From a virus (Duplodnaviria; Caudoviricetes), in the IMG/VR virus record IMGVR_UViG_3300033073_001045, positions 1 to 64,000 of that record: a DNA stretch of 64,000 bases, one strand, 5' to 3'. A program made the translations under genes and the position numbers. The notes beneath the pieces were generated by a model, which saw nothing but the letters and a program-made list of their open reading frames with translations, was not told the origin of the DNA and ran no database searches. Positions 45,901-54,371 of the stretch are shown in pieces. Positions within the stretch are counted from its first letter, which is position 1, and each line of letters opens with the position of its first letter.

Positions 45901-48900
45901 TCTTAGTATATCCATATGGCATCTCTTTAGCTAATTCTGCTGCAAATTTATCATACAAGAAATTTTGAGCCCTCTTTGTTAAACCACTCTTGCCAAATAA
46001 TTTTTCGCCCATTCCAATTGTTAATGAGTTTACGCCCCATGGAGCTGACTGATACATGCCTGGCTTTGGCTCTCCAGTTGGTCCAAATCCAGCACCAATT
46101 CTAAACATTGCTCTACCTTTTGTTACATTTCCAATTAAACCACCAATTGCAAATCCATTTGCTGCTGTTTTAAATGCAGCATCTGATAAGCTAACAGAAT
46201 GACCTGATTGTCTACGCTTAAGTTCATCTGCAGCTAACAATTTTGCAATTGCTGCTGGAGTCATAGGCTTGGCTTCTGAAACCTTTACAGATGAATGAAT
46301 ACCGTGAAGTTCTCTCCAATTTACAGATCTTGCATCAGATAATCTTTTTATCATTGCGTTATAAATTACTTTTTCTTCTGCATTTAAATCAAAAGAAGAA
46401 ATTGTTTGTTTTAATTTTGGAAGTGCTTTGTCTATTTCTTTTATCATTCTGTCATGATATTGATCTGCAGTCATACTCTTTGGTACATCGACTGTTGCCT
46501 CGGCAAAGAATTTTTTAGCACCACCCTTTACACCAAGCAAATTAATAACAGCCTGATCTTTCATTGAAGGCATAGTTGCAGAGTAATCTCTTAATCCAGA
46601 AGCAGCGCTAAATACACCAGCTGGTCCAACATCGGCCAAAATATCTCCAGAAAGATTTCCTTTGGCTAAATCTTTATCTCCACGCAATGCAGAGGCAACT
46701 AACTGTTTAAAATATTGATCTGTTGTAAATTTTCCATCTTGCTTTGCAAAGGCTTCATCATATTTAGATTCAAGAGCAAGTAGTCTTCTTTTACCCATTG
46801 GGTCTGTTGGGTCATTTATTACAACAACTTTTTGTTTTGGAGATTTTAGTCCGTGGACATCACGAGCAATTTGTGTTGCTCTTAGTTCTGCTAGAGCAGC
46901 CTTTTCATCAAGAACTGGCTTTACAAATACTTTATCTCCACCCTTTGAATATATACCACCAATTCCTGGAACTGGGAAGCTTCTCCCAGATGTAGGCTCA
47001 AGCAAATCATCATATTGAGTTACTGGCTTATGTGCAAATCTTGATTCTGCAACAGCAGCACTTGCTTTCTCCATTGCAATTTTCATAGCTCTTTGCTGTT
47101 CAACTTGTTTAATTGCTCTAGGCATTCCTAAAAATAGTCTGCCTACTCCACCACCGCCAAATAATTTTTGTGCAAATATTTGTCCACCACTATTTGCTGC
47201 ACGTTCAAGGTGTGCAAATCCAAGAGCTCTAGATGCTGCTCCCCTTCTCATAAGTTTAAATAAACTTGGGAGTGAAATTATTCCTTTACTTCTATCTAAA
47301 ATTGCTTGAGGTACAGTTGTTCCAAATCTTTTTAGCCAAGCATTATCTTGTAGCTTAATAGCTTTATCTGTCATTAGTACTTCGTCTGGGAAGTAAGAGA
47401 AAGATCTTTGTCCCTTAATCATTAATGCTCTTCTTACATCATTAGCGGCTAGATTTAAATCGGCTTCTCCCCAAAATGCTTGTCCAAAGTTACCAGCAGC
47501 CTTATAACCCCATTTTGCATCTGGGCTTGTATGTGTACTGTGTAAGTTTGTAGCTGATACCTTGCCGTATTTATCAATTACCCAATTACCATTCTTTGAT
47601 TCAAATCCTAAATCTTTAAATAGCCTATCTACAAAATCTTTACCGCCAAATTTATCTGGATTATTTCTTATATGATCAAGCATTTCTGCAGTAGGTCTAG
47701 CATCACTTGCACCTATTCTTGCAGCCGCATTGGTATTAAGTTGTCTACGCTTTAATGGCTCTAGTCCAGCATTTGCATCTTTTACAATTTTAACTGCTTT
47801 TACAAATTGCTTTTCTCTTATCTTTCTCCAAGCATTTTTATCTATAGTACCATTTTCAGTCATTGCGCCTTTAGGTTTAGGCAGCATAGCCTCTTCATAA
47901 TTTTGTGTAGCTATTCTAACAGCATCATCAATTGCAATTCCTTTATTATTTAATACTGTTGCATCATGCATTATACTTCTATGCTGTAGTTCTTTTTGCC
48001 ATCCACCATTTTGCATTGCATTTTGATATCTTTCTTGTAAACGAAGAATTTTTTTCCATGTTGTCCAATCTGGATTTCCACCAGACTCCAAACCAAATCC
48101 AGTTTTTCCAGGACCTCCATTTAGCGCATACATCAATGGCATATTTTTTTGTGCAATGTCTGCAGGAACAACTGCTTCTCCTGGAGTCAATACGACAGGT
48201 ACGTTTCCTCCAGAATTTCTATATACTGGTCTTCCACCAAGTAAATCTTGAATTATTGGCATGTTTGCCTGTGTACCAGCTTTATTTATTACAAACGATC
48301 CAGCCTCTGCTGTTGTATGATACGTGTCAGTATTTCCAGTTCCTGGAACAATTCCACCCTTTGCAAGCTTAGGCTTTGTTGTTTGAATATTATATCCAGC
48401 TCCAGAAGTTCTAACGCCACCAAGCGCTCTTGCAATTCTATCTGCTATTTCTTTTGTTGTTCCCTTATGAAACATTTCTTTCATGTTTGACTTGCCAGTA
48501 ACTGGATCAACAACTGGCTGTGATGTTAATGGTACTGTAGTTAAATTTGCAACTCTTCCCATAGATGCGGCAGTCATGCTTGCTGTCTCTGCAAGCATCG
48601 CTTCTACTGTTGCGTTGAGCTGAATTATTTTTGCTCTTGCCTGATCTACTGTTATTTTATTTGCTTGAACTTCAGCAACTATAGCCTGAACTTCTCTTGC
48701 AGCCAAATCTGTTATTTCAGAGAACTGAGGAAGTAGGGCCTGATATGCATCTGTTAAACTAGAAGTCACTGTTCCAGTTGCCATTACTTCTGTCTTAAGG
48801 GCTTTTATTTCTGCTTCTGACTGCATGGCAATTGCAGCTGTCATCGCATGCCACTTAGCAGCCTCCTGGGCAACAATTCCAGTAGATGTGCCATTAATCG

Positions 48901-51070
48901 ATGTGACTCCAGGAATTTTTGGCATATCGTCGCTCATATATGCCTGTGGATTTTTACCAATTCTAATATTTACTGGCTTTGAACCTGGAACTGTTCCAAA
49001 AATTGTTCCCATCTGTGCAATTCCAGAAGGAATTAAATGCGACATGTCTCTTGAGTGTGGTTTACCTACAAGTGGATTATCTTTATCTACAACTCTTCCA
49101 CCAGCGCTACCTGCTGCAAGCACTGTTCCAGCAACCGTTGATATCGCAGGTTGAACTGCAACCTTTGCTGAATTTGCTTTTGTTTCTAAATCTGCTAAAG
49201 ATTGTGTAAGAGTATTTACAGCATTTGATAATACTATTGTTGCTTCTGAGTCAGAATAAAATGTTGTTGCAAGTCCTTTAGCGGCAGCATCTGCAGCAAT
49301 AATCTCTGGAGTTAATAACTTAAATCCTTGTCCGCCCTTAGCTATTTGGCGAAGATGAAATATTCCTTTGATTACATATCCAATAAAGTTGCCCATAACA
49401 CCAGTAAGCATGATGAGTGGACCTGCAATTGCTGTGAGTCCGCCAAGTGCATTTAAAAATGTTTTAACTGGACCAGGAAGATTTTCAAAAAACTTAATAA
49501 TTCCATCAACAACCTTTAATACTTTTGTGCTTACTTTTAAGAACTGTTCGCCAGCTTGAGCAAGATCAGCTTGAACTGTAGCCCAGGCTCTCTTAAATTG
49601 ACCAGATGCTGACTCTGTCATCATCTTTAATTCTCGTTCTGATATGCTAGCTAAATCAGATACACTAGCTTTCATTAAGTCCATAACCTGCAATGTTTGA
49701 GATCCAGATTTACCAAGGTTTTCAAAAAGTGCAGACATTCTTGCATATTGAAACTTTCCAAATAGCTGTTCAATTGCTCTTGACTTCTGCAATGGGTTTA
49801 GTTGATCCAACGCAGATTGTAAATCAAGAATTGTTTGTGTTAAATTTCCAGCATTTGACGAAACAATTTGTTCAAGGTTAATTCCAAATCCAGTAAACAT
49901 TTCTTTAGCAACTTTTGTTGGATTGATGAGTGAAGCCATTGCTGACTTAATAGCATTTGCACCTTCTGAGGCATTTACTCCACCTTCTTTCATTGCTGTA
50001 AGATAAAGGGCTAAGTCTTTTACATCCCCACCAAGAGACTTAACAACTGGACCAGCTTTTGGAATTGCTTCAACTAAATCTGCAAGGCTTGTTGATGTTT
50101 GGTTTTCAACTGCGTTAAGGAAGTCAATAGACTCTGTTAGCTGATCTGTATTTTGTTTAAATGCATTTTGAATAGCAAGTGTTGCCTTCATTGCATCTTG
50201 TCGCTCTACTTCTCCAAGCACTGCAAGTCTAGATGTTTGTCTTGTTGCTTCTAGCAGCGCATTGCCTTGCTGACCAGTTGCTGCGAGGTCAGCAGCAAGA
50301 GCGATAGTATCTTTATAAGCAACACCATATGAACTTGCTATCTCTTTTGCTGTAGCAGAAACATCTTTTCTTACTTTTGCAAGATCTTGTGAGGATACTG
50401 CAGCGAGACCTCCATAAACTTTTGTTAATCTTACAAGTTCTTGATCTGCTTCTCTAAATGCTTTTTGTGCTGCAGCTCCAAATGCAACAAGAGGAACTGT
50501 TAGACCAACTGTTAATTGTCGACCAGCCCACTGTGTATTTTTACCCCAGTTAATTAATTGATTTGATCCATCAAGCATTACCTTGTTCATAATCGCAGCT
50601 TCTTGTCTTGCGATTGCCATCTTGTTTTTTACTTCGTCAAGGCCCTTTGCAACCATAATATTGTATTGCATTATTCCCTGTGCATTTTTACCAACAGGTT
50701 GTACTATGGCTTGCTGTAGCATGACCTGCTGTTTAGCAAGATCTCTAATTAATGTGCTTGTTTTTTTAGTGTGGCCGTTCCAAGCGTTATAATATTCGTT
50801 TAGCTTAAGACGGCCACGATCTAAATTTTTACCAAACTTTTCTACATCTGATGATAGAGAAACAAAGTGTGAAGAAAATTGCCCAGTAGATCTCATTGTT
50901 TCCGCAAATGATTTATTCATTACGGCAATTTGATTTGCTAGCTTAGAGTTTGTTCCAGCTGTTGTTTCTTGCAGTTTTATGAGTTGGGCAGTAGTTGCAG
51001 CTAGCTGTGTTCGTAAACTGCTAAAATCTGCATTGGCGGTAATGTTGGTCGTGATCAAATTATCTGCCAT
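42923..51070 (-). CDS. Tape measure protein with internal cargo domains
   Basis: 2715 aa; TP901-type TMP core (LTVGLTVPL ... ); follows the tail chaperones; repeated xxGG motifs flank inserted modules. Confidence 0.92.
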   Translation of the reverse strand: MADNLITTNITANADFSSLRTQLAATTAQLIKLQETTAGTNSKLANQIAVMNKSFAETMRSTGQFSSHFVSLSSDVEKFGKNLDRGRLKLNEYYNAWNGHTKKTSTLIRDLAKQQVMLQQAIVQPVGKNAQGIMQYNIMVAKGLDEVKNKMAIARQEAAIMNKVMLDGSNQLINWGKNTQWAGRQLTVGLTVPLVAFGAAAQKAFREADQELVRLTKVYGGLAAVSSQDLAKVRKDVSATAKEIASSYGVAYKDTIALAADLAATGQQGNALLEATRQTSRLAVLGEVERQDAMKATLAIQNAFKQNTDQLTESIDFLNAVENQTSTSLADLVEAIPKAGPVVKSLGGDVKDLALYLTAMKEGGVNASEGANAIKSAMASLINPTKVAKEMFTGFGINLEQIVSSNAGNLTQTILDLQSALDQLNPLQKSRAIEQLFGKFQYARMSALFENLGKSGSQTLQVMDLMKASVSDLASISERELKMMTESASGQFKRAWATVQADLAQAGEQFLKVSTKVLKVVDGIIKFFENLPGPVKTFLNALGGLTAIAGPLIMLTGVMGNFIGYVIKGIFHLRQIAKGGQGFKLLTPEIIAADAAAKGLATTFYSDSEATIVLSNAVNTLTQSLADLETKANSAKVAVQPAISTVAGTVLAAGSAGGRVVDKDNPLVGKPHSRDMSHLIPSGIAQMGTIFGTVPGSKPVNIRIGKNPQAYMSDDMPKIPGVTSINGTSTGIVAQEAAKWHAMTAAIAMQSEAEIKALKTEVMATGTVTSSLTDAYQALLPQFSEITDLAAREVQAIVAEVQANKITVDQARAKIIQLNATVEAMLAETASMTAASMGRVANLTTVPLTSQPVVDPVTGKSNMKEMFHKGTTKEIADRIARALGGVRTSGAGYNIQTTKPKLAKGGIVPGTGNTDTYHTTAEAGSFVINKAGTQANMPIIQDLLGGRPVYRNSGGNVPVVLTPGEAVVPADIAQKNMPLMYALNGGPGKTGFGLESGGNPDWTTWKKILRLQERYQNAMQNGGWQKELQHRSIMHDATVLNNKGIAIDDAVRIATQNYEEAMLPKPKGAMTENGTIDKNAWRKIREKQFVKAVKIVKDANAGLEPLKRRQLNTNAAARIGASDARPTAEMLDHIRNNPDKFGGKDFVDRLFKDLGFESKNGNWVIDKYGKVSATNLHSTHTSPDAKWGYKAAGNFGQAFWGEADLNLAANDVRRALMIKGQRSFSYFPDEVLMTDKAIKLQDNAWLKRFGTTVPQAILDRSKGIISLPSLFKLMRRGAASRALGFAHLERAANSGGQIFAQKLFGGGGVGRLFLGMPRAIKQVEQQRAMKIAMEKASAAVAESRFAHKPVTQYDDLLEPTSGRSFPVPGIGGIYSKGGDKVFVKPVLDEKAALAELRATQIARDVHGLKSPKQKVVVINDPTDPMGKRRLLALESKYDEAFAKQDGKFTTDQYFKQLVASALRGDKDLAKGNLSGDILADVGPAGVFSAASGLRDYSATMPSMKDQAVINLLGVKGGAKKFFAEATVDVPKSMTADQYHDRMIKEIDKALPKLKQTISSFDLNAEEKVIYNAMIKRLSDARSVNWRELHGIHSSVKVSEAKPMTPAAIAKLLAADELKRRQSGHSVSLSDAAFKTAANGFAIGGLIGNVTKGRAMFRIGAGFGPTGEPKPGMYQSAPWGVNSLTIGMGEKLFGKSGLTKRAQNFLYDKFAAELAKEMPYGYTKNAAGSLIKALEPSVLDSVIRSAASSLLSAPEARRRLSDIDRDILKKKYVNWESKKETPLTDSLKQLIFKLEGREMGGPVSGNKPYIVGENGPEIFVPRNSGGIIPNGYNAGGMIKLMMMQMLGMFGGQTLGKMSGIPGGEMIGAMLGSMLGMGSMGGGGSKAPITSKGKWTAPIGATKAVEGVSVNGKDLRNLTSYGSKLESLSGSTSKFARLAGFGLKALTRLNLAVGIGATALIIANKRWKDHNEHLRIGMLQYGLTSEAAKKAGLKYTDYSSKLAETAANIQALREKNQLLYESMQNAGTPIKMTIEEYKKLRKEVKETYSDQIKLINQTKGEKNTKKLAEDLKVQLMAAGLSAEEATKKIWAMFKVSNKALTASSYTIQNAGFNRIETKQDAAARAVSRYKTAASEGGREGANQVNTGLTAIDTGIQDLIDRSKKAAKADKTGNTKILTEYEAQEKMLQRLNNLEASKVKLTQATREEMIKQNPALKKVINPADTLVSLWQKMNLAAKGFTGNLANLGSEAVAALSRVADVASATIAKQNETGILKEQYAYLGKLENQYKALQKAARGQSVAQQISTRDQLRALQKQIDANNKLADARLKALDAAKQESDLARELEKKKAAYEAAVATGNTAEAQQLSLDMKGIQSTMQYNSQRAAIENARDAANKPLQAKMDAINSANEKLADNAALASENLGKLGEKIATQKQKIEDFNKAMTTLVLNAIAAGKTVDQYIKDSKAGKGDASSLLTTGKAAGVIKGDLKGVDVASEALKLMGKPIDAVTSALSSKGITMGSGDIIINGKKVDLGPNVDKNGQALKSISFAISPSTKNPTVGTGNLNAAGIQTGQIRKGLEFLDKNGKKWRVTGEGQYNTWNIEKAGYGTMKLDPNIPTIVGDRGPEMAFGGMIIPNLAKIPFSSPRYDVNKAALQMGSAQQHSGTTIQYTQHIHAAPGMNEDQLVMKAKVAAYEFLQDSIKTNAKMVGTSKNVRINT

Positions 51071-51079
51071 GTATATATG

Positions 51080-51451
51080 TTACTCCCTGCGGTATCCTAA
51101 TCCTGCTCCGATACCAAATCCAGCTTCCGCTGCAAACTCTCCTTGAAGTGATGCAACATCATCTGCTGATGCCGTTATTCCAAGGGCCCTTCTTCTTATA
51201 TCTTCAAATGAAGACTTAGCCTCATCTGTATTATCTTCATTTAAATCAATGCCTTGTATTGATGCCAGGAATTTTCTTTTCTCTGATTCAGTTTTTTGCA
51301 TTGATTTAATTGTCTGGATAAGCTCTGGCATTGAAAGATTTTCTTCTATTTCTTCGTAATTTTTCCAATTACCTAAAAGAAAAACTTCTCCTTCTAAAGC
51401 GGCTAGATCTAGTTCTGTCCAGCCAGTACTGCTGCCGCTAGAAGGTTTGGG
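51080..51451 (-). CDS. Tail assembly chaperone, frameshift extension (GT portion)
   Basis: The -1 frame is open from the slippery site: PKPSSGSSTGWTELDLAALEGEVFLLGNWKNYEEIEENLSMPEL... Confidence 0.75.
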   Translation of the reverse strand, partial: PKPSSGSSTGWTELDLAALEGEVFLLGNWKNYEEIEENLSMPELIQTIKSMQKTESEKRKFLASIQGIDLNEDNTDEAKSSFEDIRRRALGITASADDVASLQGEFAAEAGFGIGAGLGYRRE

Positions 51452-51741
51452 TCGTCCATCTTAATTCCACCGCATACTTCAAGAATACGATTAATTGTTG
51501 GGACATCTAATGTGTCTTCAAATGCATCTTTATCTGCTACAAGATCTGGTAGCTGTTTACGTAAAGCAATTCCACATGCTTCAATAAGGATTGTTAGTGT
51601 TTCGTCTTCTGTTTTTACTTCTTGCGTCTTTTCAATTACCTTCATAAAATCACGAAGCTCTTTAATTGTTAAAGGCTTGAGTTTTACGACTGAACCATTT
51701 TGTAGTTGAATTTCTTCAACATCATATACTGTAGTTGCCAA
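51409..51741 (-). CDS. Tail assembly chaperone (G)
   Basis: Between the major tail protein and tape measure; LKPLTIKELR; TTG start with GGAGG. Confidence 0.85.
   Translation of the reverse strand: MATTVYDVEEIQLQNGSVVKLKPLTIKELRDFMKVIEKTQEVKTEDETLTILIEACGIALRKQLPDLVADKDAFEDTLDVPTINRILEVCGGIKMDDPNLLAAAVLAGQN
51445..51451 (-). other. Programmed -1 frameshift slippery heptamer C-CCA-AAC
   Basis: XXXYYYZ heptamer in the correct phase near the chaperone end, with an open -1 frame. Confidence 0.75.
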
Positions 51742-51800
51742 TTTATCCTCCTAGGATTTTGTCTTAATTATTGTATCATATACAAAATACAAGGGCAATA

Positions 51801-51826
51801 GAAAGCCCCCTAATTTCTTAGGGGGC
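51801..51826 (-). terminator. Intrinsic terminator after the major tail gene
   Basis: GCCCCCTAA-GAAA-TTAGGGGGC-TTTC. Confidence 0.8.
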
Positions 51827-51849
51827 ATCTATTAATTAAATTATTTTAA

Positions 51850-52536
51850 TTAGACTGTCAAAACACGGTCTACGATGAAACCGTATTCCTGACCAGCGTT
51901 TGCTGAGTCACCTGATGGAAGCAAACGGAATGTAACTGGGAATGTTGATGCTGCGTTACGAGCCAAAGAGAACTGTGACTGCTGTACAGAAAGAACACGA
52001 CGTGCATAATATACACGCTCAGTTGCTGTTGCCTCTGATGTTGGTGCCTGACCTACTGCAATAAGCTGACGCTCTGTTGGAGCCTCACCAAGTGCACCAC
52101 CAGCAAGACCGAGTTTGTCTGTTGCTGTTAGTCCTGTTCCTGATGATGCCAATGTTGTTGAGCGCTGACCAAATACAGCTAGAACGTTCTCAAGAGTACC
52201 TTCTGCCATTTCTGTTGCGATCATAACTTCCATTGACTCCTTGAAGAGCTTTGCTGTATCAAGAAGCTGATCTACTGTTACTGAACCGTATGATGGGTTG
52301 TATGTAACCTGAAGACCGTTATTTGTGTAACCTACGTTACGATATCCAAATGTACCAGCTGTCTGGTCGATATCATTAAGTGTTTTGGTAAAAGAGATAC
52401 CAGACTCATAAGCGTAATCGCCCTGACCTGGTTCTGCATTTTGCACATAGTCTGAATCGGTTACGTCAATGTTTGAAATAAACAATGGTGACGCACCAAC
52501 AAGAATATTTTTAGCATTACCTACGTTTTGTGCCAT
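51850..52536 (-). CDS. Major tail protein
   Basis: VGYTNNGL ... VDQL ... FPVTFRLLP; strong RBS and position. Confidence 0.85.
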   Translation of the reverse strand: MAQNVGNAKNILVGASPLFISNIDVTDSDYVQNAEPGQGDYAYESGISFTKTLNDIDQTAGTFGYRNVGYTNNGLQVTYNPSYGSVTVDQLLDTAKLFKESMEVMIATEMAEGTLENVLAVFGQRSTTLASSGTGLTATDKLGLAGGALGEAPTERQLIAVGQAPTSEATATERVYYARRVLSVQQSQFSLARNAASTFPVTFRLLPSGDSANAGQEYGFIVDRVLTV

Positions 52537-52654
52537 GTTGTAAAACCTCCTGTTAAATAAATAAATATATATATATTGATTTTTTCAAATCAAAAGCTGG
52601 CTAGGCCCTTTTCCTCTATGTCTAATTTTAGAGCACAATACTCTAAAAAGCAAC

Positions 52655-53164
52655 TTAGGCGAAGCGTCCTAGTCGATCAGTAATTCTTGAATATTTTACC
52701 TCAATCATTACATCTGTTGATAGGAACCCCTGGAGCTCTTGGGAGGGCTCTGTTGGGGTAGTTTCGATAACCATAGTATTATGGAATATGATTTTATTTG
52801 TATTTCTTGATAAGTTTAAGTCTCTTGCCGAATCGTCCATTCTTCTAAATACGTCTAGCATAAGGTTTCTAATGGCATTAATTTCTGAGACATCTGTTGA
52901 ATATATTGTAAATAAAAGCTTCTCGCAGCATATTAGCCAGTTGTCCTCATATGTCATTCCTACCTTATCGTAGACGATATGAGTCTTCCCGCTCAAAAAT
53001 TGATTAAGCTCTGGTGATTGCTGGACTGGAATAATTGGAATTATCTCGTTCCCAGTATTTTCAATATAATAATCTGAAGACTTAACTAGTTTATTAAGTA
53101 CTAGCTCTTCCCAGAGGTGCCTTCTTATTTCATACATAGCGTCTATGTTATAGTCGATTGTCAT
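52655..53164 (-). CDS. Tail terminator/completion protein
   Basis: Directly upstream of the major tail gene. Confidence 0.55.
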   Translation of the reverse strand: MTIDYNIDAMYEIRRHLWEELVLNKLVKSSDYYIENTGNEIIPIIPVQQSPELNQFLSGKTHIVYDKVGMTYEDNWLICCEKLLFTIYSTDVSEINAIRNLMLDVFRRMDDSARDLNLSRNTNKIIFHNTMVIETTPTEPSQELQGFLSTDVMIEVKYSRITDRLGRFA

Positions 53165-53952
53165 AGTGCTCCTCCAAATGATGTTGTTAATGCTGCCTCT
53201 GCTTGAAGCCTTACTGCATTTGCAGAGAATGAATATTTAACTTTCTTTATATCTGATGGCAACTTCATAGCCTTTACCATCTTTGAATTAAATATAGACT
53301 GAAAGCCAGAATTTTTAATTGCAGAGCTTACAAGCGGTCCAGAAAAATATTGACTATATGCCAATACAAATTGGTTTCTGGATGCTGTTCCGCCTGGTCT
53401 TTTTACCATGACAGAAGATCCTTTTGGCATGAATACTGGGATACCATCTATTTCAAATACAAGTCTTTCTGCAGACTTTGGTCTAATTACAATAGGCATT
53501 CCTTCTTCCATAACTGAAGCCTTATTGGCAAAAATATATTTCTTTCTTTGCTTTTTATTTTTTGATGGCACGGATGTCTTTGATAGCTTGTACTCAAAAT
53601 CTAATTTAAATGAAAGTCCTGGACCGTCTAGCTGTCTTAACTTAAAAAGTCTTGCTTTTTGATCACCAGTTTTATTCCACTCATAAACATGATGAAGAGA
53701 CTTTGGCTTTATTCTTGCCTTTGAGTCTACATACTCACCGAACTCCTTATCTATCTGAGTAAATATTGTTTTCTTAAATAGTCTTTGAAATGCAGCATTT
53801 GCTTCTAGCTTAGCAAGGACATTTGATTGGTAATATAGGAATGCAGATATCTGTGCAACACTACTATCTTTTATTACTCCAGAAGACTTTGCTCCGACCA
53901 TCAGTCTTTCAAGACCGCTGGCAGCTTGAAGGAGAGCTACGTTAGATTCCAA
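53161..53952 (-). CDS. Neck/tail completion protein
   Basis: Position in the head-tail cluster. Confidence 0.5.
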   Translation of the reverse strand: MESNVALLQAASGLERLMVGAKSSGVIKDSSVAQISAFLYYQSNVLAKLEANAAFQRLFKKTIFTQIDKEFGEYVDSKARIKPKSLHHVYEWNKTGDQKARLFKLRQLDGPGLSFKLDFEYKLSKTSVPSKNKKQRKKYIFANKASVMEEGMPIVIRPKSAERLVFEIDGIPVFMPKGSSVMVKRPGGTASRNQFVLAYSQYFSGPLVSSAIKNSGFQSIFNSKMVKAMKLPSDIKKVKYSFSANAVRLQAEAALTTSFGGAL

Positions 53953-54370
53953 TTTGCTGATTCTCCGACCTAAAGGCTATAGAGTTATAAGCCAATATAT
54001 TTCCGAATGGATCTGTAATAGGTGTAGAGCTAGCTATCTCAAAAACAGTTGGTGTCTGTGTAGGCCAATTTAATTCTTTCCAAATAACATTGCCAGAAGA
54101 ATCTCTAATGTTAGTGACCTTTTCTCTGTATGTTATTTGCTCAGATGTCCTAATTTCAATTACTTGCTCATTTGAATACTTTGAACCCATGCTTTGTTTA
54201 TCTCCAGATCGTGCAGTAGATGACTTTGAGATAGTTCCTGTGGCTGTGCATGGCATAGTTTTTGAATACGACCACTGTTTCTTTATGGCCCCAGTAAGCT
54301 CGTCTTGCTCATCCTCTTGAACATATATGTCAAGATCCATGGTCATTAATGAATCTACTAGGCCGTTCAT
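53942..54370 (-). CDS. Head closure/stopper protein
   Basis: Size, position and beta-rich pattern. Confidence 0.55.
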   Translation of the reverse strand: MNGLVDSLMTMDLDIYVQEDEQDELTGAIKKQWSYSKTMPCTATGTISKSSTARSGDKQSMGSKYSNEQVIEIRTSEQITYREKVTNIRDSSGNVIWKELNWPTQTPTVFEIASSTPITDPFGNILAYNSIAFRSENQQIGI

Positions 54371-54371
54371 A

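Noticed and set aside
43497-50792. Numerous plus-strand ORFs opposite the tape measure (and similar ones opposite dnaE, helicase, protease and capsid)
   Set aside because: Antisense shadows with no RBS, promoter or recognisable motifs.
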